Positions 46,706 to 55,664 of a DNA stretch of 64,000 nt are shown here, piece after piece. Position numbers and translations under genes: made by a program. Numbering within the stretch: position 1 is the stretch's first letter; every line of letters begins with the position of its first letter. The notes under the pieces are model-generated. The model saw nothing but the letters and a program-made list of their open reading frames with translations. It was not told the origin of the DNA and did not search any database. The DNA is from Candidatus Bathyarchaeota archaeon (GTDB taxonomy: Archaea; Thermoproteota; Bathyarchaeia; Bathyarchaeales; Bathyarchaeaceae): NCBI GenBank assembly GCA_030608565.1, contig JAUWDY010000001.1, forward strand, positions 15,457 through 79,456, given 5' to 3'.

Positions 46706-47575
46706 TTAAGAATCATAAATCCCCTTGTCAGTGAGAGCCTTAAATTCCTGCCACGTTAACTTCTCACCACGTTTTAACTTTTCTAACGCTCTTTCTTCCA
46801 ACTCTTTACGCAGTTCAAGTTGGCGTTTAGCTTCCATCTTCTCTTCTATTTGATGTAGTTCTTGTTTGAGGGATTTGATCTGACATGAAAATTCTATGTA
46901 TTTTTGATGAGGATGTTGCGCTTTCTGTTTGGTCTCCAAAAATTTTTGATGCATATCATCTGCATCACTTTGAAGGGTGTAAGTTTTATTTAGTGTATCG
47001 AGCATTTCTTCATGAAGTTTTTGACTTTGCTTAGCGAGTTTCGAGAGCTTTTCATGGCAAATGTTTGCCTCAGTTTCAAGCGTTTTCTCTCCAGTTTGAA
47101 GCTCGGTGAGTTTTTCTCGTAGTTTCTGCATTTTTTTGTAAACTACCAATTTGTTCTCAAGCACTCGCACTTGATCAACCAACAACTTTTCCTCTTCTAG
47201 GGAGAGAGAACTAGTTTGAATCTTCCACTCGAGGTTTTCGATTTCTCTTTGTATGTTTTCCATGCTTTGAGATGGTTTCTTTCTCACGCGTTCTCTTATT
47301 TTTTCCTTTAATCTCATAATTTGAACATGCTTTTGTTTACGTTTCACTCTTGTTTTTTCACGTTGGCTTTTGAGCTCTTGAACTTGTTCGTTCAATGTGT
47401 CACGTCTCTGTTTAAGGTCCGCGGCTTCTTGTCGCAGCTTTTTAATCTGTTTATGTATAGCGTTTCTTTTTTCAGCCCACTCTTTTGCTTCAGAGTTCAG
47501 CTTGTCGAGTTCCTTCTCAAGCGGGGCGAGTACTTGATTAAGTTCCGCAATTTTCTGTTTGAGGGATTCAGACAC
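46706..47575 (-). CDS. archaeal coiled-coil protein (COG1340-like)
   Basis: 289 aa, almost entirely heptad-like and rich in K, E and Q. Confidence 0.6.
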   Translation of the reverse strand: MSESLKQKIAELNQVLAPLEKELDKLNSEAKEWAEKRNAIHKQIKKLRQEAADLKQRRDTLNEQVQELKSQREKTRVKRKQKHVQIMRLKEKIRERVRKKPSQSMENIQREIENLEWKIQTSSLSLEEEKLLVDQVRVLENKLVVYKKMQKLREKLTELQTGEKTLETEANICHEKLSKLAKQSQKLHEEMLDTLNKTYTLQSDADDMHQKFLETKQKAQHPHQKYIEFSCQIKSLKQELHQIEEKMEAKRQLELRKELEERALEKLKRGEKLTWQEFKALTDKGIYDS

Positions 47576-47753
47576 GTTTTTTTCTTCCTACGCCGGGTTT
47601 GGCCTGTTCAAGGATTCTTTGAATCAAGTTGTTTCCTTTTGTTGATGAAAAAAGTGGAGGGTCCAGTTCTCTTTGATTCGTCGATGGGTTACCATGTGGT
47701 TTTGCACTTGCATGCATGCAGAGAATGCTTCATACTTGGGATGGTTAGAGCTC

Positions 47754-48461
47754 TTATTCCAGTATGATTCTTGCATCGACCGTTTTCGCACCTTTTTTGT
47801 AGACCATGATGGGGTTCAGATCGAGTTCTTTGATTTCCAGATGATCCATCACCAGCCTTGAGGTTTTTAGCAAAATGTCCACAATGGCATCGATGTCTAC
47901 GGAGGGTTGACCACGATAGCCTTTGAGAATTGGATATGCTTTTACTTCGGTGACCATCTCTTGGGCGTCTTGTCTAGTGATAGGCGCTATTCTAAACGTT
48001 ACGTCTTTGAGAACCTCAACAAAGATTCCGCCGAGTCCAAACATCAGAGCTGGGCCAAATTGGGGGTCCTTTGTTGCTCCAACGATAACCTCGGTTGACT
48101 GAGGGGCCATCTCTTGAACGAGAATGCCTATAATCTTGGTGTCTGTCTTGTGCTTCTTTACGTTTTCCAAGATTTTCTTGTAAGCGTCTTTAACCTCTTG
48201 GGCGCTGTTCAAATCAAGGATAACGCCGCCTACATCAAACTTGTGAATAACATCGGGAGAGACAATCTTGAGAACCACTGGATAACCGATTTCTTCAGCA
48301 AACTTCGCAGCCTCATCAACGTTTTTTGCCACTTTGAACTTCGTTACGGGTATCCCATACTCTCTGCATATGGTTTTGGCCTCTGGTTCAAGTAGATAGT
48401 TTCTCCCTTCTTCACGAGCATTCCTAAATATCTGAGCAACTTTTCTCAACGAGTTCAACAA
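47754..48461 (-). CDS. ADP-forming acetyl-CoA synthetase beta-type ATP-grasp domain protein
   Basis: LLEPEAKTICREYGIPV, YPVVLKIVSPDVIHKFDVGGV and ELDLNP. Confidence 0.8.
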   Translation of the reverse strand: MLNSLRKVAQIFRNAREEGRNYLLEPEAKTICREYGIPVTKFKVAKNVDEAAKFAEEIGYPVVLKIVSPDVIHKFDVGGVILDLNSAQEVKDAYKKILENVKKHKTDTKIIGILVQEMAPQSTEVIVGATKDPQFGPALMFGLGGIFVEVLKDVTFRIAPITRQDAQEMVTEVKAYPILKGYRGQPSVDIDAIVDILLKTSRLVMDHLEIKELDLNPIMVYKKGAKTVDARIILE

Positions 48462-48668
48462 CCCTTCATTGAAGAAATATAGACCAGTTATCTTTCTAAC
48501 TTTTCGTGTATTTTAACCTTAAGCATTTTTTGATTCGTTCGAAAATTGGGGACGCGGTAACATTCTGCATGGAAATGTTGTCATCGTTTTTCTCGTTCGA
48601 GTTGGAGAACTTGTGTTTGTTTTGCGTAAAATCTCCAGTAATCTTCTGAATATGCCTAAAAATGTTGG

Positions 48669-48881
48669 TGGTCGGGCGGGCAGGACTTTCATGAAGTGAA
48701 ACCTTCATTTTGAAATCGCCGAGCTGAGATTAGCCCTGCAGCTCTCCTGCGACAATCCGGTGTCTGCATGTATGCTTGGTAGGCTGGGTGACACCTACCG
48801 TGGGTGGATGTCTACAGCGTCTTCGTCAGCTGGTTTTGGCCAAGCTGGCTCGGAAGCTCTACCAAGCTGAGCTACCGCCCG
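48669..48881 (-). tRNA. tRNA-Tyr(GTA) requiring four putative introns (213-nt gene, 77-nt mature incl. CCA)
   Basis: Hand fold: exons 48881-48851, 48818-48812, 48761-48746, 48714-48708 and 48684-48669. Joined they give CGGGCGG TA GCTC AGCTTGGTA GAGC T TCCGG CTGTAGA CCGGA TTGTC GCAGG TTCAAAA CCTGC CCGCCCG A CCA. It has C1-G72 and A73 as in archaeal tRNA-Tyr. Confidence 0.7.
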
Positions 48882-48944
48882 TTGTCGACCAAGAAAATAG
48901 GGGAATCAAACGGATATATTAACTTTGATTTATTGTGGGTTTTT

Positions 48945-49036
48945 TGGTGGACCGGGCGGGATTTGAACCCGCGGCTTCCGCCTTTTTCGGCTTGGCACGC
49001 GAAGGCGGCGTTCATACCAAACTGAACTACCGGCCC
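48945..49036 (-). tRNA. tRNA-Ala(CGC) with a 14-nt canonical (37/38) intron; CCA encoded
   Basis: GGGCCGG TA GTTC AGTTTGGTAT GAAC G CCGCC TTCGCG[tgccaagccgaaaa]A GGCGG AAGCC GCGGG TTCAAAT CCCGC CCGGTCC A CCA. The G3:U70 identity pair is present. Confidence 0.85.
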
Positions 49037-49125
49037 ATATTGGTTTTGATTTGTTAGTTGATATATAGGTTTTTGAGGTGGGTGTCTCTCTTCTATTAGC
49101 CAGCCCCTATGATTTTTTGCGGTTT

Positions 49126-49160
49126 CGTATTCTCTCTTATAGACCCCCCTATAGCCCCCC
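49126..49160. repeat. copy 2 (inverted) of the ~30-nt repeat shared with 25926-25957, with a local tandem TATAG-C6/7 duplication
   Basis: The + strand reads CGTATTCTCTCTTATAGACCCCCCTATAGCCCCCC, 90-125 nt upstream of the tRNA-Ala 5' end. Confidence 0.85.
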
Positions 49161-49393
49161 CTATACAAAGAGAGGGGTCGCGGATTCTGTCAGGCTTGTC
49201 TTAGGTCTTGTTCTGTTTCTACGCTTTGTGGAAGCCCTGTTTATGCTTTGATTGTGTGAGTCTCCAACATGGATCACGTGAAAAATGTGTGCTGTGGGTT
49301 TTTATTGGTGCCGCCGTCTTTGAGTTAGTGGGCTCACTTGTACTTGTCTCTCGGTTTTTCCGTCCATGCCGCTGTGCAACGTCTGTGAAGCAT

Positions 49394-51046
49394 CTATTCG
49401 TTCAAATCTTCAAGATAAGAAACTGGAATAATATTCCCTACATTCAGAATGTGATTAGGATCAAACGCATGCTTTATTCTGGCAACAGATTTCAAGCCTT
49501 CAACGCCATACATAAGCTTCAAATAAGGCTTCCTTTCGCCATTCTCCACAAAAGTCTTCTTGCCGACCCCATGCTCGGCAGTAATCGTACCTCCTAGTTC
49601 AACTGCTTTCTTCAAAAGAAGTGCGCATGCTCTTTCCGCGCGTACCAACGCCTCTTCAGATTCGGGTATAAAATTGAAATGCAGATGATTATCCCCAACG
49701 TGACCGAAAATTGCATACGAGATTCCTGAATTCTTTCCCACCTCATGATAATAACTCATCATTTTGTCAAATGCTCTTTCCGGGACTGCAATGTCTGTTG
49801 CCACCTTGTGAACTCCTTTTGAGCGTACAATGGTGTTAATTGATTCAGGTAACGCGTGTCTGATGTCTTTTATTTCCTTCAGCCAGTCTATTCCGCGAGA
49901 TGCCATTGTGTCGAGAACGTTACAGCTTTCGAGCAGGTCAACACAACTCTTGAGCAAATCATTGAAAGCCTGTTCGTTCGGAATTTCTTGTTCGAAAAAT
50001 ATGGCGGATTTTGATTTCGCGGGGATTTTTGATGGTGGATATTTCTTTTTCAGCAGTTCTATAGACCTTTCGTCAAGGAATTCTATGGATAACGCGTCAA
50101 TTCCTACTTCATCAGGTTTTTTGCTTCGAGACAAGGTTCGGAGACTTTTCACAAATTTTATGGCGTCACTTTCGCTGGAGAAATGTGCAAAAACGGGGAG
50201 AACATTTTTCGGTTGATTTTCAAGTTTGATTTCAACCTCGCTGATGACACCTAGTGTTCCTTCTGATCCGATGAAAAGGTCTATGAGGTCCATGCCAGGT
50301 TTCGTGTAGTACCCCGCTGCGTTCTTTTTTATATCTGGCATTGTGTAGGAGGGTAATTCAACTGTTATGCGTTTTCCAGACGTCAGAATTATATCGAACT
50401 GTTTTTCTTCGCTTGCAAATACTCTTCCACGTTTAATGTCAAGAACGTCGCCGTTGGGTAATACTACTCGTAGGCGTCTGACGTAGTCTCTTGTGCATCC
50501 GTAATGAAATGTTCGTGCTCCCGATGCATTCGTCGCTACGGTTCCGCCTAGCAGCGCGGTCATTTCCGTTGTGTCGGGTGGATAGCAGAGATTCTTGTCT
50601 TCGAAGATTTTTTTCAAAGTTTCTAGGGGGATGCCTGGAGGCACTATTGCATAGTGTTCATTTCTTTCCGCGTCTTTTTGAATGTACAGGGTGTATTTTA
50701 CGCCCAAGTCCGAGTGCTCAGCCAAGTTTTCCTCCGAGCCTCGTTCAAAAACGTTCGTCATTTTCTCAGTTGCGAGTACGATTCCGCCTTGAGGAACCCT
50801 TGACCCAGTAATACCTGTTCCTGCGCCAGAAATCGTCACGCGAATCTTCCTTTTGTTTGCATCGATGAGAATCTTGGTAATGTGTGCTTCGGTTCGAGGA
50901 AAAAACACTTTTTCAGCTTTTCCCGTGATTAATCGTGATTCGTCTGTGAGATAATTTTCTATAGTAGCTGGCTTAGTTGAGCTGACAAAGTCTGTTTCAG
51001 GAACATCTTTCCTCGGTTTCTCGGCGTAAATTTCATGTCTATGCAT
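49394..51046 (-). CDS. FAD-linked oxidase (GlcD / D-lactate dehydrogenase family)
   Basis: 550 aa. It has an FAD-binding PCMH-type N-domain (ISGAGTGITG) and a C-terminal region with EHGVGK. Confidence 0.8.
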   Translation of the reverse strand: MHRHEIYAEKPRKDVPETDFVSSTKPATIENYLTDESRLITGKAEKVFFPRTEAHITKILIDANKRKIRVTISGAGTGITGSRVPQGGIVLATEKMTNVFERGSEENLAEHSDLGVKYTLYIQKDAERNEHYAIVPPGIPLETLKKIFEDKNLCYPPDTTEMTALLGGTVATNASGARTFHYGCTRDYVRRLRVVLPNGDVLDIKRGRVFASEEKQFDIILTSGKRITVELPSYTMPDIKKNAAGYYTKPGMDLIDLFIGSEGTLGVISEVEIKLENQPKNVLPVFAHFSSESDAIKFVKSLRTLSRSKKPDEVGIDALSIEFLDERSIELLKKKYPPSKIPAKSKSAIFFEQEIPNEQAFNDLLKSCVDLLESCNVLDTMASRGIDWLKEIKDIRHALPESINTIVRSKGVHKVATDIAVPERAFDKMMSYYHEVGKNSGISYAIFGHVGDNHLHFNFIPESEEALVRAERACALLLKKAVELGGTITAEHGVGKKTFVENGERKPYLKLMYGVEGLKSVARIKHAFDPNHILNVGNIIPVSYLEDLNE

Positions 51047-51233
51047 CTTAGCTTCACATTAGAAAGGAAGTGAAGATTTAACTATATCGTTACTTTCTTT
51101 CCGCCTATCCTTTATTTCCGTTTGCGGAAGATTTTGCATCGTCCATTTCGCAGGGATTGTCAAACATTAAGCTTATTTTGAGTTTTCGGGTCATATATGC
51201 CAAAGAGATGGCTTTAATGATGGAGTAATCATC

Positions 51234-52220
51234 ATGAAAAATCACCCAATTTACAAGAGAGTTGAGCAATGGGAGATTTATGACCGGATAACAGGGCAGG
51301 GAATTTATGCAGACGTTGACAAGGAGTTTCTTTCTGCCGAACGATATGACTGGACTCTACTTACTGAAATTGAGTTATTTAGAAATGCCGTTAAAGGATG
51401 CAAGAAAGTTTTGGACATCGGCTGTGGTACGGGTCATCCGTCACTTTATATTGCAAAAGATGTTGGAGTAATTATTGGAATCGATAAATCAGAAAGGATG
51501 ATTGAAATAGCAAAAAATAGGCTAAGGAGAAGTGGGGCAGATAACATAGTCTTTGAGGTGGGGGATGCAGGAAACCTGAAGTTCCCAGACGAAAGTTTCG
51601 ATGCCATCATTCTATGTGGTTCGTTGGCAACTTTGTCAGACAAGAAAAAATCCCTACAGGAGATTAAAAGAGTATTAATGAAGAACGGAAAAGTCGCTTG
51701 TATAGAGGCAAACTGGCTATACCAATCGACGCATGAAAGGCATTTTCAACGAGAGGGCAACTTCGTCCTCACGGAAAAAGGCTCAATAAGGTACCGTTAT
51801 GTGAGACGTTCAGTACGCCCTCACAAGGAAACAGACTACCGCTGCGTTATCAATTCAAAGAGTGCTCTCGGGAAAAAGTTGTTGTCCAACCCTCATTTTC
51901 TTAAACATAAAACCTTGAAAGCAGAAATGAGCATTGAAGAAGTGGAACCTTATTGCGACGAGATTGAATACGACGAACAAGAGAGCTTCGACGCAGAAAT
52001 CATTGTCAGTCTCTTTGCAGAAAACGGTTTCAAAGATATAGTTGTTAGCGGATATGGAATAATGTATGACTTGTTAGATAGCGCAGGTTTGGTCAGCAAA
52101 ATGGCATCTTACATGAAAGAATTAAGCCAAGCAGAAGCAACCATTTCGAGATTACTTGATCCATTGAGAACAGAAATGTTATTCCTCGTGTGCAAGCCTA
52201 ACTCAACTATTGTCCAATAA
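51234..52220 (+). CDS. class I SAM-dependent methyltransferase
   Basis: Motif I VLDIGCGTGHPS. Confidence 0.75.
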   Translation: MKNHPIYKRVEQWEIYDRITGQGIYADVDKEFLSAERYDWTLLTEIELFRNAVKGCKKVLDIGCGTGHPSLYIAKDVGVIIGIDKSERMIEIAKNRLRRSGADNIVFEVGDAGNLKFPDESFDAIILCGSLATLSDKKKSLQEIKRVLMKNGKVACIEANWLYQSTHERHFQREGNFVLTEKGSIRYRYVRRSVRPHKETDYRCVINSKSALGKKLLSNPHFLKHKTLKAEMSIEEVEPYCDEIEYDEQESFDAEIIVSLFAENGFKDIVVSGYGIMYDLLDSAGLVSKMASYMKELSQAEATISRLLDPLRTEMLFLVCKPNSTIVQ

Positions 52221-52384
52221 AAGCAGAAAAAAGGGGAGTTGGCGGGAGACATCTCCACCATAGTAAAGATCTAACCATATTGTTATTGTCTACATGTTCT
52301 CATCGGAGTCTATGAATAATCTTATATTTTCGTTTTTGCTGAAATGCTGTGGCTAATTTCCATCTGCTAGGAGGAAGGTTGTTT

Positions 52385-53762
52385 ATGGCTACTATTAGAG
52401 AGGTTCCGCGCAAGGTTCGTCGTTTTGAAAGGATCGGGGCTCATACTCACATAAAAGGACTGGGTCTCGACGAAAATTCGAACGCGGTTAAGATTAGAGA
52501 TGGGATGGTTGGGCAAGAAAAAGCTAGGGAAGCAGCTGGCTTGATTGTGAAGATGATTCAAGAGGGGAAACTAAGTGGCAAATGCATTATCTTGGCGGGT
52601 CCACCTGGAACGGGCAAGACGGCTATAGCGGTTGCTGTTTCTAGAGAGTTAGGTGCAAACGTTCCGTTCATCCAAATGAGTGGAAGCGAAATTTACAGTA
52701 GCGAGCGTTAAGAAGACGGAGATACTGCTCGGGGCAATAAGGAAGTGCATAGGCGTTGAAATCCATGAGATACGCAAAGTATACGAGGGCGAGCTCACTC
52801 ACTCCGACATTGTCACGGCGCCGCATCCATACAACCCTTACCAAAAGGTGCCTGAAAGCATCCGTCTCACATTGAAAACAGAAAAAGAGGAAAAAACCAT
52901 CGAGGCAGGAGCAACCATAGCTCAACAAATAATACAACAGAACATTTCTGAAGGGAATATAGTACAAATTGACGCTGAAACTGGAAGAGTAGTCAATCTC
53001 GGTCTCAGTTTGGAAAGCGCGAAAGGGAAAAAATACGATGTGGACACGCGTAGGAAGATACCGCGTCCTGCTGGAAAGGTTTTGAAGGAGAAAGAATTTG
53101 TTTACCCCCTCACGCTGGCAGACATGGATGAACTCAATGTTAAGAGTCGAGCAGGAGGCGGGTTCTTTTCAATGTTCCTTGGAGGAGCCGGAACTAAGGA
53201 GATAGACACTGAGATTCGGACGATGGTGGATCAGCAGGTAAAGAAACTAGTTGATGAGGACAAGGCGTTCATTCATCCAGGCGTACTGTTCATCGACGAC
53301 TCACATCTCTTAGACCTTGAAGCCTTCAGCTTTTTGGGCCGAGCCATAGAAAGCGAGCTAGTGCCCATCATTATCCTCGCCACTAATCGGGGCATAGCAC
53401 GAATCCGAGGAACGGACGTGAAGAGCCCCCTGGGCTTTCCGTTAGATCTAGTCGACCGCTCCGTGATCATTGCAACCCACGAGTACGATCCCGACAGCAT
53501 CAGAGAGATACTGCACATACGATCCATTGAAGAGAAGGTAAAGCTAAAGAAAGATGCTCTCGATAGACTCACCGAAATTGGATCCAAGAGTTCTCTCAGA
53601 TACTCAGTTCAATTGCTCAGCCTCGCGTCACAAAACTCAAAGTCGATGGGACATGAAAAAGTAACCGTTGACGATGTGGAAAAGGTTGACAATCTTTTCA
53701 TGGACATTAGAGAAGCTGCGGAACACCTTAGAAGGTACGAAGAGAAAATGATGGTACACTAG
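52385..53762 (+). pseudogene. TIP49/RuvB-like AAA+ ATPase interrupted by a +1 frameshift near 52706
   Basis: ORF 52349..52711 ends ..PFIQMSGSEIYSSER*. The next frame continues (A)SVKKTEILLGAIRKCIGVEI.. Removing c52706 gives GSEIYSSE|VKKTE, the conserved TIP49 junction. Walker A is GPPGTGKT and Walker B is LFIDDSH. Confidence 0.75.
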
Positions 53763-53912
53763 GCCAAATAGGTTCCGTCTTAACTAGGCTCGAACCCTTT
53801 TCTTATATCGTTCAGCTATCGACTTATGTTTTCTTACTCATGACTTAGCCATTATGAATAATAGAAAGCAAAATTAACTGTAGCTTACCTAAAATGTCAT
53901 TGTAATGTCTGG

Positions 53913-54761
53913 TTGAGGCAAATGGGAAAATTAAGTGCGCTTCTACGATTAATTAGACCCGTAAACTGTGTGATGATGGGGTTTGCAGTGATCGTGGGAG
54001 CTTCACTTATTACTTATCCGAACTTTTCAACAAATTTGCTTTTGGGGTTTGTGACATCGTTCACATTGACAGCAGCTTCTATGGCGATAAACGATTATTA
54101 TGACAGAGATATCGACGCAATAAATGAGCCGCAACGTCCAATTCCAAGTGGTGCGATCAGTCCGAAAGAAGCGTTATTCCTCGCCCTTGTTTTAAGCGTA
54201 ATAGGATTCATTGCAGCTTTTAGAACCAATACGCAATGCTTGATAGTCGCCACGGTCGCTTGGATTGTATCTGTAACCTATGTTACTAAGGGGAAACGAA
54301 CCGGGCTTCCTGGAAATCTTTTAGTCAGCACCTGCGTTGTGATTCCTTTCATCTACGGAGGCTTCGCTACAGGAACACCTGAGTTGACCACGATAATGTT
54401 TGTGGCTATTGCCTTTCTTTCAAACACCGGCAGAGAAGTAGCAAAGGACATAGTTGACATTGAGGGAGACAAATCTCAGGACATAAAGACAATTCCAGTA
54501 GTATATGGAGATAGAGTCGCAGCGTTTGTTTCTTCCATTTTCTTTGTCCTCGCTGTAGCTTTGAGCCCCTTACCTTGGCTGCTGAAACTTGTTTCTCCAT
54601 GGTTTCTTCCGCTAGTCATTTTAACCGACGCTGGACTAGTATGGTCTTCTTTTTCACTTGCTCGAGACCATTCTCGAAACAACGCTAGAAGAGTCAAGAA
54701 TTTGGCTTTGATATGGTTTCTTACTGGACTCTTGGGTTTCGTTGCGGGCAGTATTGGCTGA
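53913..54761 (+). CDS. UbiA-family prenyltransferase, digeranylgeranylglyceryl phosphate synthase-like
   Basis: NDYYDRDIDAINEPQRPIPSG, with a multi-TM topology. Confidence 0.8.
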   Translation: MRQMGKLSALLRLIRPVNCVMMGFAVIVGASLITYPNFSTNLLLGFVTSFTLTAASMAINDYYDRDIDAINEPQRPIPSGAISPKEALFLALVLSVIGFIAAFRTNTQCLIVATVAWIVSVTYVTKGKRTGLPGNLLVSTCVVIPFIYGGFATGTPELTTIMFVAIAFLSNTGREVAKDIVDIEGDKSQDIKTIPVVYGDRVAAFVSSIFFVLAVALSPLPWLLKLVSPWFLPLVILTDAGLVWSSFSLARDHSRNNARRVKNLALIWFLTGLLGFVAGSIG

Positions 54762-54767
54762 CAAAAA

Positions 54768-55109
54768 TTATCTGACTTTGCTTCCTATTTCCACGTCTTT
54801 TTCAGGTTTTATCAAGATAACGTTGCCCTTAGTGTCTTCGGCGGCAAGTATCATGCACTGGGATTCCACGCCCATCATTTTCTTTCTTTGCAAGTTCAAG
54901 ACAAAGGCGTATTTTTTATCTATCAATTCTTCTGGTTTGTAGTATCGTAGCAGGCCTGCTACTGATTGCCTCTTTTCAGAACTAAAATCAACAATCATCT
55001 TGATCAGGTTTCTCGACTCTGGTATCTGTTCAGCTTCAACAATCTTGCCAACCCGCATATCAAGTTTCAGGAAATCCTCAAACGAGACTTCCATTTTAAC
55101 CACCAACAA
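54768..55109 (-). CDS. tRNA-binding domain protein (CsaA/Trbp111-like OB fold)
   Basis: FLKLDMRVGKIVEAEQIPESRNLIKMIVDF. Confidence 0.8.
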   Translation of the reverse strand: MLVVKMEVSFEDFLKLDMRVGKIVEAEQIPESRNLIKMIVDFSSEKRQSVAGLLRYYKPEELIDKKYAFVLNLQRKKMMGVESQCMILAAEDTKGNVILIKPEKDVEIGSKVR

Positions 55110-55229
55110 TCATTTCCTTGCTATTCCTTTAGCTTTAAATTTTACGTACACAAATAAAAGTGTCTGGCCAAAGAAAGATAGATGACAAAGGTATATGGGG
55201 CAATGATCCGTCGGGCATGGTGAAGAAAG

Positions 55230-55661
55230 ATGAAAATGCGAACGTTAACAATAAACGATTATGAAGATATGGTCAAGCTCTGGATAGAATCGGCTCTCCC
55301 CTTTAAATCTAAAGGTCGAGACCGTAGGCAAGCCATTGCAGACCAAATAGAAACAGACCCTAGTCTCTTTTTAGGAGCATTCAAAAATAACACACTAATC
55401 GGTGTTGTAATTGGAAGCTACGATTATAGGGGAAAAGGCTGGATCAATCGCTTAGCTGTGAATACAAAATACCAGAGACAAGGCATTGGTCATCGTTTGA
55501 TCACCAGCATGGAGAAAATTCTGAAGGAAAAAGGCGCAGTGGTTACTTGTGCTCTAATTGAGGAGACAAATCAAGAGTCAATTGCAATTTTTGAAAAACT
55601 AGGATACGTCTCTGAGAAATCGATCCTTTATTTCAGCAAGCGAGAAAGCGAAGATGCATGA
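55230..55661 (+). CDS. GNAT family N-acetyltransferase
   Basis: Acetyl-CoA loop RLAVNTKYQRQGIGHRLI. Confidence 0.8.
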   Translation: MKMRTLTINDYEDMVKLWIESALPFKSKGRDRRQAIADQIETDPSLFLGAFKNNTLIGVVIGSYDYRGKGWINRLAVNTKYQRQGIGHRLITSMEKILKEKGAVVTCALIEETNQESIAIFEKLGYVSEKSILYFSKRESEDA

Positions 55662-55664
55662 CGA

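Noticed and set aside
48804-49168. ORFs 48804..49025 (+) and 48872..49168 (-)
   Set aside because: They overlap the tRNA-Tyr and tRNA-Ala genes, and the translations are not protein-like.
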